From: Bispira polyomma
Taxonomy: Eukaryota
Direction of reading: 5' to 3'
Length of the DNA: 64,000 nt
NCBI GenBank assembly: GCA_965649765.1
Contig: OZ287748.1
Location: 23,932,001-23,996,000 of the forward strand
A program made the translations under genes and the position numbers. Under the pieces are notes generated by a model, which was given only the letters and a program-made list of their open reading frames with translations, was not told where the DNA came from and made no database searches. This document shows, in pieces, positions 12,470-25,422 of the stretch (its first letter is position 1; each line of letters starts with the position of its first letter).

Positions 12470-13743
12470 GTAGGTCAGATTGTGTAACTGTTAGGGCACT
12501 TACAAAGTATATTGTACATGTAAACGTAAACATTTGGTTGTCAGACTCATGACTGCCACAGGTGGGGGAGTAGGGGGGGGGGGGGGAGCGGCGCGTGTTT
12601 ATCACTGTATAGGGGTTACACCACCAACTCACACCTCTGCAGTCAGGGTTCGAAGCTTGATAGTAGACCTATCAAACTACATTTTACTCAGTTCCTCCAA
12701 TAACAAAAAGTAGCCATGTGTGGTATATGTCGTAAGTTTTTGAAAAGCAATGTTTAACTAAATGGGATATTGTCTCGTAGCACCCTATCTTAAACTTCCC
12801 AAAAGTTTAAATTTTCTGCCTGAACCTTCTGTAGTCAGGTGTGCAAGGCGAATGTTTTAAGTGGGGTCAGAAGCAGAAAAAGCTCCAAAAAATGCTTCTG
12901 CCCATTTCCGAGCACTTTTAAATTACTACTGTAAGTCCTCCGTCTCAATAATCTAGTGTTTCCGCTGGCTTCCGACTATAACCGGCTATTTCTATTTCAC
13001 TACTGTGCTACTTCTTCCATAGTAGTAATTCTCTGTTCCTGTGTGTAAAACTAATCTGGACAAGTTTCAGGGTGTATATTTTGCCTAGATAGAAAAGCCA
13101 ATTAATAGGCGATAAGACAAGTTACAGTATCTTCTTATCTTCTTCTACCTTGTAATTCCTATACCGGCGACATGTGAATGAGGCATAACAGAAAAAAATC
13201 ATTGTGCTTGTACTTTAATTGAGATTGAAGGATGACATTGCAGTCACTTTCGTTGCTTAACCATTAATCTACTGTAAGCCCTTCTTTTAATGGCCAATGA
13301 ATGCAAGCGCTCTGATTCAAAACTTTTTTCAATTAATTTGTTTAAGTAAGGAGTGCATTACGGGTAGATTGGCGGCCAGTCCGAGTTGCTCTTGTCTTAA
13401 AAATGGTGATTATTTTTTGTGACAATTGGAAATTTATCTGATGTTGGTATGATATATAATTGTCATCTTTGTATACTCTAAACAATAATAAACAAATTTT
13501 GCAAAACATTCCACAAATATAAAGGATGCTTATTAAAATGATGTTGTATTTCAGTAGTTTGATAACTCTGATAATAATTGTAATGACATTATTTTGTAAG
13601 CGGATATAGGTTTTCAGCATGCCTTGATAACTCAATATCACCCCTTTGGCCTGATACTCATTTTTGTTGGGCTGCTTATAATCCTTTAAGGCCCCACAAA
13701 AAGCATGGTATTGTACTATTATCTCCTTTATATTCCACTCTAG

Positions 13744-14440
13744 GTTCCAATGTATGCGGGTAGCACTAGATGCCATTCATTGGTTTGTTGTATGCGTCGA
13801 TGAACAGGACAAAGCCCCGCGACACTGGGACCAATCCCAAATAGAACACATCTACTCCTGGCTCCTGAAGTCCCCGGATGTAGGGCTAATTGACCTACAT
13901 CCTGGCAATGGATTCTACGCACTGGCAGCGGGAGCTTTAAACAGGACAAGTACGGTGATTGGCAACCAGCCAACCAGTCTGCAGAGAATCCAGAAAGGCA
14001 TTATTATTTCTGGATTGAGTCAAAAGGTGCATCTTTATGAGCATAAACCATCCAAGAGTGCTGCTGGGCTTTGTCCTTCAAACACTGACCAACTGCTGTG
14101 CCAAAATGGTCAGAATAACAGTAGTTTCTCCATCTATAAAGACATTCTTGGTCTTAATCCTCCACAAAAGGCCATACTCAGAGTAAAACTGGATAAACAC
14201 ACAGTGGGTATGCTTTTACAATCACAAGTACTGTTTAAGCATTTATGCATTCCCTTTGTGATTTGGGAGATTGACCAGGATCTTGATGCCACAGAGTTGG
14301 TGTCATTAATACAACTGGCAGATACGTTCATATCAGATGGCGGCTACAGACCTTTTACATACAATGGCATCGCACTAGCTTTGAATAACATAGCAGACTG
14401 GCCCAAAGTGGTATATTGGAAGAGCAGCTTCATGGTTTAA
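13744..14440 (+). CDS. FkbM-like (class I SAM-methyltransferase fold) protein, coding exon 2
   Basis: Acceptor ttccactctag|G is in phase with exon 1 (..GEIR|FQCMRV..), giving 346 aa in total. GLIDLHPGNGFYALAAGAL resembles FkbM motif I; later AILRVKLD, FVIWE, GYRPF and WPKVVYW resemble animal FkbM-like C-terminal patterns. Family call is by motif recognition only. Confidence 0.75.
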
Positions 14441-15306
14441 AAATGTACGATGTATAATAATTATGATGAGATGACTATCAGCGAAACGTTAACAGATTTG
14501 TACATATAACATACAAAGATTGAGGTGTGGGAGCTTGAAATTTAACAAATTTAACTTGACAAAACAATTTTAGATTTACCTATTAATTTATGTATTGAAA
14601 GTCAACTGACTTTTCCAGTTTGATATTAAACAGAAATTTATTTTTAATTTGTGATTACAAAAAAAATGACTTCCCTTGCTGTAACGTTATAAATATGTAT
14701 TCATTTATTTAAAGACAAATTCATATTTCATCCTCTAATATCCTTGTTCTCCTTGAAGGGATATAGTTCTACAAGATAAACATAGGTGGTTATCAGTAGG
14801 CAATGGCGTGTTCACATCAAGCCTGAGGATGTTATCTTCCCATTAGCCAATATAGTACAAGTAGGAGTTGAATCAGGAACCTTCTGATCACCTGACCAAC
14901 TCCCTATAAACAATACACCATGGGAGACCACAATTCCTGCTAGCGTAGGTGACATTAGGAAAGCGGAAACCCAAGTGGAATGTAAACCAAGACTATAGCT
15001 TTAAAATAGCATGTTGCTTTACTAAATATGAAAGGTACACTTGCACTTATATTTCAGGATATATCAACAAGTGTATCACTTACAACTATATCTCACCTGA
15101 ATCAAAAAATAAATATATTGTTAGTGTGTCTTTTTTAGGTTGCAATTTTGTTATTGTATGTATAACCCAAAGTCAAGTTTATGATTAAATGTGTGGCTAT
15201 CGATAGAATGTCTTTGTCATTGATATATAAACCGTTCTTTGAGATGATATTCAAACTTATGCATAGTTAATCAAACAATTGTTTATAACATGTAAATATA
15301 TACATG

Positions 15307-15445
15307 TTAGTCAAAAAGTCTCTTGAGCCGATCAAAGAATGGATCAATCAGCTGTATCTGACCCTTGGCCCAGTCCAGGAAGGTGGAGACCCCAGACCCA
15401 CCACACTGTCGAACAAACATGAGAAAGCGGAACAGGCCCCGACGG
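15307..15445 (-). CDS. Secreted Cys-rich protein, exon 4 (terminal)
   Basis: Acceptor tttctttcatgacag|C, phase 2. Reads SRRGLFRFLMFVRQCGGSGVSTFLDWAKGQIQLIDPFFDRLKRLFD*. Confidence 0.85.
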
Positions 15446-16035
15446 CTGTCATGAAAGAAAAACAATGAAATTCCCTTATTATATGGTAGTAGCATATGGC
15501 AAACTATTACAGCACTCAATGATCTTGTATGGATAAAGAAGAATGTATGTTATTTTCAACCTGAAGTATGAATATGGTCACTCTCACCACACATATATTA
15601 AGGACATTTTTTTTCAAATTATGATTACAAAGGCCTGAATGATTAAATAGTTTCTTTGAAACATACATTTAGGGTCCATAAGCTTATAAAAAAAAGTATA
15701 TTTGAAGTTTAAGTAATTTACAAGTGTGCTAATAATTATATTTAATAATATTGATGCACTTAATTGATATTTTAACAATCCGGTGTTCCCATTATGCCTC
15801 TCCGATTACAGTGTTGCAGGAGACACAAATCCTATCCACATTATCTAAAGAAAAAGATATATCTAGGCCCACATAATAACATATAAGTACAGATATGTAT
15901 TTTTCACAGATATTCCAAAGTCTATCAAAGTTTCCAGATTTGGATCTATTTTTACAGGAGTTGGGACATATTTTTTATAAATATTTATTGTGCAACATTT
16001 TGCCATTACAACTTATTACAGCTACTGTATGCAAA

Positions 16036-16700
16036 TGACTGAAGAGAGAGGAGTGAGGATGACCCTTTGTCAAGTCATTCAACCCATCATTGGAGATCCC
16101 AGATGACCACCATTTTCAAATAGTCATCTGAGGTACTATATCTGTGCCTATACATAGCCTCTAGCTTTCCTAAGTGACATTGCAATTGTTACCCACAAGG
16201 CAAATCCCTCCTCGACAAATTTATGGTACTCAACGGTGTAGTGGCAACACACTCGCCACCCACCTCTATCGTCGTGGGTTCTAATGTCCGCCTTTCCATA
16301 TATACAGGAGAGTAGGCAGTAGATTTGCTGAAAGCTGGTTGTTTGTAGAACAGAAAACCTTGACTAACTACTCTGTTTTGATTCCATCCAAACTGCTGGT
16401 GGTGATCTAACACAAATGTATTTTGAAAGCCACATTCGTATTTATAATAATATTTATATACGCTAATTAACCCTTTCCTAACTGTAACAGTCAACTGCAT
16501 CAGTTACTGTCATTCCCCTAACTGAAGAGAGAGGCTAGAGGATGACCAATTCTCAACGTCCCCAAGGATGTTTAGCCTGCCACTGGCGATAGGACCCAGG
16601 GACAGAGGACCGCCATTTTAAGTGGTCAGCCTAGCCACTACGCAAAACACGACTGTCTGATCATTACACCAACTCCCTAGCCACTAGGCTATGGGGATCA
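16036..16700 (-). mobile_element. Two related SINE-like fragments (16036-16135, 16520-16700) flanking a family-B SINE head (~16225-16400, +)
   Basis: Both share actgaagagagagg...gaggatgacc...gacc(a/g)ccatttt. The second ends in tagccactaggcta, a reverse A-box-like motif. Confidence 0.5.
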
Positions 16701-16738
16701 CCTAGGAGAGACTGAAGCCAAGCTAAAGTAATGCTCAC

Positions 16739-16938
16739 CTAATTTTGTAGATGTCCATCAGTACCTCTTTATTGTCCATCAACATCTCACTGTTACACAC
16801 CCCATAGCTCTCCTCACACTTTGCATGAGTGTCTTTCATATCCTCCTCCAGATCCTCACATACAATGTGTTCACGTCTGTAGTAGGCCAGCATGGCCATC
16901 TTTGTACATGTTTGAGTGCCATTGATCCAATGCTGAGC
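16739..16938 (-). CDS. Secreted Cys-rich protein, exon 3
   Basis: tgttttag|GCT...ATTAG|gtgagc, 200 bp open. Reads AQHWINGTQTCTKMAMLAYYRREHIVCEDLEEDMKDTHAKCEESYGVCNSEMLMDNKEVLMDIYKI. Confidence 0.9.
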
Positions 16939-17548
16939 CTAAAACAGACCACAGACTTCTTTCATACATGACAAAACTTGGGAACGTAGTAACCGGGGAG
17001 TGTAGTAAAAAAGTACAATGCTAGATCAGGGGCCAGATTCACTACAGGTCTACCTTAAGACTATTTTATGCTTTCACCTGTCTCAGACCTTTGTCTCAGC
17101 TAAGATTTGCCATAATTTTGGATCCGTATATAAATTCTAAGCAAAAACTTTAATTTGTTTTTTCATTTTAAATTCAAAGTAAGGTAAGATTTATCTCACA
17201 TTGTATGACTTGTAGCTTATCACGATGAAAAAAAAGTGATTTTCAATGCTCTAGAGAGCCTTAAGAACTCATTAGTTCCTATTTTCATAGCTTCCAAGGT
17301 AAGGGGGGGGGGGGGGGGGCGGGGGTCTAATCCGGCGTGCACGGGCGAACGTGTACAAGGTTCACTCGACTGGGGCGATCCTTATTTAACCTTGCTATGT
17401 ATATGGGTATCACATTTATCATTTGTGTGAAATTTTATTTGGATAATAAAAGATTCATAAAATAAAAGATGGAATTTAGTGCAAAACAATATTATTACAA
17501 ACACTTGGGAGAGTAAGAATGAGTTAATTATATGGACAGGATAGAAGT

Positions 17549-19649
17549 GTGGCCCCAGTTTCACAATGACCTACTGTCTGTATAGTAAGCTACTAACTAC
17601 TTATATCCGATACTAACAAACTACTATCTGCTTCACTAACACAGTAGCATACTAAATATTTAGGAGGTTATTCTAAGGAAGCTACTATTTTTTTTAGTAT
17701 CCCAATAAATTTAGCACTCTATTAAACTTGTGTTCACACAAGGCATCTGATGAAAATAATTCTACTGAATGCTGTACTAAATTAAGGGGACCTATTCACA
17801 GGTTTTTTAACTTCAGTAGGTATATGTGTGAAATGTCATGTGACTTCCATGAGTATATTAATTTTACGTATTTGTGTTACTATTTTAATTAATATTACAT
17901 CAATATTGTAACTGTATAAACAACATGTTAGTAAAAATACATAATTAATTTCCATTACATCATTAAATATCCAGTAGTACATACCAAATTCACTTATAAA
18001 AGTCACTATATAAACTGTGACTAAGTGGATGTTTCCATGCAGCCTATTTTCTTAGGCAATTAGTCGATGGCCGACGACAACTTTACAAGTTTTTTTAGTT
18101 TATAACTATCTGTTTCCATGTATGTAACGCTTGTAAGTGGCAGGCAATGCAAGGCAATTTTTCGCTCCTGGTAGCGAAAAAATCGCCTAGCATCACCTGT
18201 CGCCGTTTTAATATTGCCTTTTTTTTAAAAATGTAATTCGACCATCCCGGAATATGACAGTGTACATTCTCTCAATACTTTATTTCATTAAATAGCTGTA
18301 TCTATGTGAATATGAAACCTCGTAAAATCGTTTTAGTATTACTAGAAATCTAATGTTTTGTGATTTTCGACAGTTCCAATTATTTTCGAGACTAATGAAT
18401 TATTTTGGAAGTACATATTTGCTACTTATATGTAGTAAAAACATTTTCTTCTAATTGCTTGCATGGAAATATAAAAATTGATGATTGCCGTTGAATAAAC
18501 CCTGATTGCCGTTGAACAAACCCTGATTGCCGTCGCCCATTGCCGAAATGAAAACGCTCACTAACTGAGAGACCAAGCAATACACACGTGTAAGTTGATA
18601 CACAGCTGGAGAGGGCTTCCTCCAGCGTGGTATTGTTTTAGGAAGTAGCCTGATGCCAGGCTTTACTTTGCAATGAAATTTTCCATTTGTAAGTACTACA
18701 TTAGGAAGGATATAACGTGTATGATCAATAGTGAAAAGATATTAAGATAAGTTCTATCTGTCACTCAGGAATAGATTTACAAAGTTCACAACAGAATTTC
18801 AGTTCACACATAAGAACTAAGACGCTACTACTTAGATGCTTACATGTGTTTTCCTTTTCCACACTACTCTACATTTCTAAACCCAAATAATCAATTTATA
18901 AAACATACTAAAATATAGGGTTTTATCTTCCTCATATTTGTAGGTATTAAAACTTTGCTGATTTTAAAACTAAACCATTTCAGAACAATAGTACTTGTAT
19001 ATTCCTTCAAATAGCCTGTAGAAATTGAAGAATAACCTTTTACCAACAAACAACATGTCACCTCAACTACTAATATAGGATTGCCATACATAGATAAATA
19101 ATCTGTTCCCCCATTGTGATGGCAATGAAGAGTGGCTCTGAAGAGTACAACTCCCCATAATGCAACTTCTACAAAGGTGCAAGTACCACGTGATTACCTC
19201 TTTGCAAAATCTAATATTGTTGTATGCTTAAATTGGTATATTCTAGATGGACAATAAATTAATCTCTAAAGATTACAGCCTGAGTATGGCTAGTAATAAT
19301 AAAAATTTGCTGCAAGGATGGAACCACTTCATTTATTGGACCTAATTTATTGGGGCCTGCTAAACCTAAGATTTCAAGCTGCCCTGAAAGATATATCTTT
19401 ACAAACACAGAGGGAAGCACATCTTTTAAAGGATACCCAGAACACTCAAGATCCAATCAAACAAAAGCCCCTTTCATTGACACCCCTGCTCCAGTAGCAC
19501 ATGAATAGTAGTCTTCTGTATGCAGTCGGTCTAATTATCTCATTAAATTTAGCATACCTTTAGTGCAACACTTTAGAATAGCATTTGATCAGTTACTACC
19601 ATACAATATCTCCTAATATTACAGTAGGGCTTGGTGGAACTGGGGCCTG
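17549..19649. mobile_element. ~2.1-kb degenerate TIR element in intron 2
   Basis: Left ggccccagtttcacaatgacctactgt versus reverse complement of right ggccccagttccaccaagccctactgt. TSD is imperfect (gatagaag / gataatag). Confidence 0.55.
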
Positions 19650-19746
19650 GATAATAGAGGTTCTACAAGTCAACGAGTATATCATGTTTTAAGTGGCCCT
19701 TTTTCTTAAGAACCCACACACATTAAACTGTCAGTATCACAATTAC

Positions 19747-19907
19747 CTCTTGTGTAAATCGGCTGAGTTCGTGTTCAAATCTCTTGCAGTACCTCCAGCC
19801 GTAGCTCAGTGCCCAGTTGTGCCTTGAACAAGGGTGACGGACATCAAAGCAGGTGTAAAACTCACAATTCCCCTCTCTGGCCTTAGCTTCGCATTCGCTG
19901 TCAATGT
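19747..19907 (-). CDS. Secreted Cys-rich protein, exon 2
   Basis: ttgatccccag|AC...GAG|gtaatt, 161 bp. Reads DIDSECEAKAREGNCEFYTCFDVRHPCSRHNWALSYGWRYCKRFEHELSRFTQE. Confidence 0.9.
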
Positions 19908-20194
19908 CTGGGGATCAAATATATATATATATATATATATATGTAAATATTTTTAAAAAGACAATAGTAAGGTATCTTATTAGAGAATATTGCTTTGTTT
20001 AGACTTTCTTCAGGTACTTTTCTCTCGAGCATTATGTGAGGGCTGTTTGACTTTGTAACTACATGCTTTGCACAGAGAAGAATGGTCTAATTCACATAGT
20101 GGAATCAGAATGACTTTGTGCATGGTGGATAAGGATCAAATACAAAGACTTGTGAGCTAGTCTATGCTTTGTTTAGCCAGTTGTACATCTACAG

Positions 20195-20400
20195 GTAAGT
20201 AAATGTAAATTTGCTTTTACAAAAAAGCGCTTTCTTTCAAAGCGCTGTACAGTTTACACCTCAAGCCTGGGACTCAGCTCCCTCAGGAATCATACTAGCT
20301 GTGTTTCTACATACGACGCGCAGAGACTAACACCCATTAGCGGCCAGGTACTTATTTGTACACCTGCGTAGAGAGAGGGACAACTTTGTGTAAAGCCACA
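20195..20400 (-). mobile_element. SINE-like fragment of a different family
   Basis: aagcgctgtacag tail-like segment and gccaggtacttatttgtacacctg, resembling conserved SINE central domains. Confidence 0.45.
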
Positions 20401-21916
20401 ACAAATCGGGTGTAATAGATTACTATGTGTTCTGTAGCAGAGGTTGAGCAACTTTATAATAATGTGATAGACAGGTCCAGAGGGAGTACTTTTAAATTTT
20501 TTGGGGGGGTTCTATTAAAGGTTTTACGTTGTTTAAAGCATTGGTCCACTTTTGACTGCTCTTCTAATCCTTGAAAAATGTCCAGCTGGCTGGCTAACCT
20601 AGTTTTGCAGAATGGAGTTATTACACTGTAGTCAAATGTCAGATAAAAGATAGACATTGTTCCTTGCCATTTACCTACCTCCCAAGTCACTTTATCATGT
20701 TCATATTTGATAATAGTCATTATACATTAAAATCAACAAAAGTCAATTCCATTTCACAATTCCTTACAATACAGTTCCTTGTTCTTCTGACTCGTGCATC
20801 CCCACACTCCCTGTTTTTATTGTTACCCGACAAAAATGTATTTTGGGATCACCAACCCCGAGTTATCTAGGTCCTGCGTTATAGTAGTTTGTGTTTTGCA
20901 TAAATAGAGGTCGTGGAATATTCGTCCACGTGAACAGTTGATGGTCTAGGTGTGGGAGTGGATTTCCTGATAATCTTGTCCTGGTAGATAACGTGACTTT
21001 TTATCAGGCGGAGTCTGGTGTTGTTTTCACTCTGACAAGGAAACCACCCTTGCAAAGGGCGCCATCATCTTGGAAAAAATGTGTAAGACCTTTATGGATT
21101 GGTTGAAAATAATTGGAAATAATATTTATCACACGATTATTAGGTACAGCTGCCATGTTGGAAATAATATTTATCACATGATTATCAGGCACAACCGCCA
21201 TGTTGAAAATAATATATTAGACCTTCATGTATTGTTTGGAAGCAATCGACCAGCCCAAAACTGAAGCGTTTTAGTCACACTGCGAGTCTTTTTAAAAAGA
21301 CAACTCTTGGGTTAGTCCAGTGATTTTTAGTTTTTGGTGTTTTGGGTGCTTGGGAAGGCTTGGAGGGAGGTGTTCTTTTCTGGTCTGTGTACAAATTTGT
21401 ATTTTTGTGGGGAATTAAAAAAAAAAAAAAAATTGTAGAATTATAACACATGTAAGTTACAAATTTTATATATTTATATCTGGGTGAAATGTTTTAACGG
21501 ACTGTAAATGAGGTACACTAGTTAAATGGGTATGTAAATAAATTATGACTTAAGATTTTTTTAATGACCTAGCCAGTCAGATAAATATTTCTCTGAAAAT
21601 TCTATTTATCTCCCCAATTTTGTATCTATTTAATTTTAGTAGTGATTTCAGATTTTGGCGTGGTGGAGAAGACAGAACCACTATAGCTTGTGTTTCTTTC
21701 AATTGGGCAACTTAAAGTTAGGTTTATCTAAATTCATAATTCTGAATTAATTAAGGTTCAGAACTAGTAATGCTGCTCCGAGGAATGAATTTACTTCAGG
21801 CTTCATTCGAATTTAATGAGACTTTAACGAGTGCATTATGATTGGGTTTTAATATGTACTCGTTACATGTATTACCGTTACATGTACAAGGTTTCACCAC
21901 TTATTGACACACTTAC

Positions 21917-22010
21917 CTCCTTCCGCTGCTTGTCGGCTCCCACCCCAAAACAGGAAAGCTTGGGAACCAGTCAATACCGCAAACACCAATACAACCTCGA
22001 ATGAGCGCAT
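21917..22010 (-). CDS. Secreted Cys-rich protein, exon 1 (signal peptide)
   Basis: ATG at 22010, MRSFEVVLVFAVLTGSQAFLFWGGSRQAAEG, donor G|gtaagt (phase 1). The four exons total 94+161+200+139 = 594 nt = 197 aa + stop. Confidence 0.88.
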
Positions 22011-25000
22011 TATAGCGACCTACGTGTATCAGTTACTTTGTATTCTCAATTAGACGTTCTCTATCCAGATATTTTTTCTGTTTACTATTCACCCTTGCAC
22101 TGAAGTTGTTTATAAGTAGTTTTCAGATTTAAACAGCAAATATCAATATAGTTATATACACATATAGTCCATATATGTATACTATTAACAATTTAACCCT
22201 GATATTTCAGTTGAATATTACAGTTTTCCAACGCAATGTGTAAATCAAAACACTGTCTTAATTTTATTTTCTCCGATTTTCACCACAAACTTTTGCAAAT
22301 GCGTTGTTAAAACCAATGTGCTGTGAAGTCAGTTTTTTTGTTGTAGTCTAACTGATGTATATACATTATCTCTACATCCTTTATGCAAATGTATGTGGTG
22401 GCCCAAAGGTTAAACTACAAGTAAATAGAACTGGACAAGAATAGGACATGTATACTATATACAAAAACAAATGTACATATAAAGATACTGGGGCTTATTA
22501 TTGACTTTACGTCCCCACTGATTGTACAAAATATTACAGCAAAATATTTCAGGAAAAAACACGTTTCTTTAAGTACAGGGTCACAAAAACTTGCATGGAT
22601 TTTTTTCACAAAATATTTAATTATATGCATCATATCTGTCCCATTTTATAAAACACACATAATTGTTATATTTCAGCTGATATAAAGTCAACTAAATTTT
22701 ATCTGACAAAACGATTTCAATAAAATACAAAAAGCAATGTGGGTTCGGCCAGATTTCTACCAGACATAAATGAATACTGACACCATCCTTGTAAACAACA
22801 AACTTGTGTAAACAATTGCTGCTGTTGTTACTTGTTTAACTTAATAGACAATGACAACAAAAGCAAAAAAACAAACAAAAGAAAAATCTTATAAATAAAG
22901 CTAGATTTCTTTTGTTTGTTAAGTTTTATAGGTCTTGAAAGTAGAACCTGTTAAAACATGCCTTATACAATAAGGTATGGATGTAAATGTGCTGTTCAAA
23001 TGCAGAAACTGTAAATAAAATTATAGTTGTAAAATAGTTTAATGTATATTTACCAAACACAAATCTCTAGAATATTTCTCCCAATTGTCATGAATAATAA
23101 ATATAAATTTATGAAACAAAACACTTTAGATATTAAAAACTTCAAAAAGGTAACTGGAATTTGTGGCAAGATATCTTTAAAATTCACGACCACATGAAGA
23201 TTTAATTGAACAAATGTGGTAAGATATATTTACACCTTTAATTAAAATATAAATCATTCCGTCCTGCTATATTTAAAACACCCTTTGAAGGTATTTTCTT
23301 TAAAAATGCAAATATTTATTTTGGTTCCTAAATGAACACCAGGTAAAGCATTGTAGAAGAAATAGATTCATAGCGAACAGTTTACAACTAAAATTGTTTT
23401 AAGATACAATCACTTTTGCTATAGGTTGAGTTGCAACCAAAATATGAGTTAAGGTATGAATCATTGCTGTAGTTTGCAACCCAAAATGTTGAGAAGTTAA
23501 AGACCACTATGATGAATGACCTTCAGGTCAAGTTGAAAGTTTAACATTAAACTGATGTATCTGACCTTGACATGTCAAGTTCAACCCCAATCTGAAACAC
23601 AAGTGTAAATATAAAATTGTAAGTTTAAAGTTTTAATATACAAGCCAAAGTATAAAGTGATATACCGAAGCCTATAGGGGTCAATTAAGAAAACATGTAT
23701 GTCTTTATAACGAATTGACCCTTATATGCTTCAATATTGATATGACCTGAAAGGTCAAGTTATGTTACAACTAAGTATGTAAATCAACAAAATACAAGAA
23801 TACACAAGGATAACGACTTTAAGAATTTATTTTAATAAAATTAATTTTTGTTAACGGAAACACTACTTTGATAAATCTATGAATGGTAATAAAGTTAATT
23901 AATTACATAAAAATCCCATACTAGGTTATCAAAATAAATTCATTAAAATTTTTTTAAAAAGTTAACTGAATGTCTCTCTGTAAGAATAGCTTCATAGATT
24001 GTCTCTATTTATATGTCTTCTGGTGCTGTGTTAGAATATATGGCTTTAATATTTTCTCTACAATATTTTTCCACATGTGTGTCTGCCGTTTTATTTTCGT
24101 TTCAGAAACAGTCTCTCAAAGAGTCAAATGACAGACACCACAAAATATTTTACACAACTCCAGCATTTGACACCGACTCCCGTGATGAGGGGGTCAGGCT
24201 CATGAACACCAGGCGATGGCGTGTATAGAAGGCCAAGCGAGGACACAGGCGCATTATGAGGCAAATCTATGCCTTAAACGCGGCCGTTATGATAGAATCT
24301 ATGATTAATTAGGTGAAAATTCTTTAACTTTTAAAATGTTCCTGAATAATCAGTGTTATTTGTATTGAACATCGCGTGCTTATGAAAACCAGCATGTATT
24401 TATATTTTACAAAGTTATATTATTTGATATTACATCATTATTTTTCAGAATTATTTTTTTCAACTGTACTTGTACTTTGGACATGAATTGCCTCTAAAGC
24501 GTGAAATACTTATATTCGATTTTCGTGAGTATTTGTATTCCATGAAGTCATTATAATAAGCATCATGCTCGCTTGTCTATGTACGTTTTTCTCAAGTCTG
24601 GAATTTTAAGTAAACTTCCCAAATACTTTTGCAAGGAATAACACGCCAAATATAAAAAGTCATAACGTTGTCATGTATTAAAACATGGGGAAAAATACTT
24701 TTAAGAAAGTCTGAACACATATGGGTAGATATAATTGTACGTGTACTATTTTAAACGAGTAAATTCTAGGCCTAGATTACATTGGTCTCGTATACATACT
24801 AAGGATATAAATGATAACTTACACGAGTAGATTGTGTTCTGTTGAATTTATCAATATACGTTGTATATCAAATTGCATGTACATGTGTAGTTCCAAATAA
24901 AGTAAAGACTGTGCCACGAATGTGCATCTGAAGTAGAGCTAAATGGCTTCACATATTTATGCACATACTATGTAGAAATACCCAATTACTAAATCACATT

Positions 25001-25422
25001 GTTGTGAAGTGCCGAGCCGTGTCTGGGCCAGTGTATATAGTCAGTACATATCCATTAGTTTCTATTTCATTGTAGTGTCAAGTCGTCAGATATCTGTAAG
25101 GCCCTCTAGACACTATATATTGATTTTCCAGACCGCCTCCAAGACTACACTACTCCACACCACACAATACTCTGAGAAATCTGTGAACAGACGTTGTGTG
25201 GTTATGGTTACGTTTTGCCATATATGTAATATGTAGCAAAAGTATTGGACCGGGGGGGGGGGTTACATTCACACACATATACATAGATATATATAAATAA
25301 GTGAATATAAGTATTAAAATGCCATTTGAAATCTTTTACATAGCACAATTCTACAAATGTATAATGCAGTCTTACTTTAATATCGAACATCGGCATATTT
25401 ACATTGGTGAAGTTGTTTGGGG

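Noticed and set aside
18482-18545. CRISPR-like short repeats
   Set aside because: Head-to-tail 21-bp tandem copies without unique spacers, eukaryotic context, no cas genes.
24100-24310. Possible + strand exon after a strong acceptor (ttttcgtttcag)
   Set aside because: No recognisable protein and no phase-consistent partner exon. A non-coding exon cannot be excluded.
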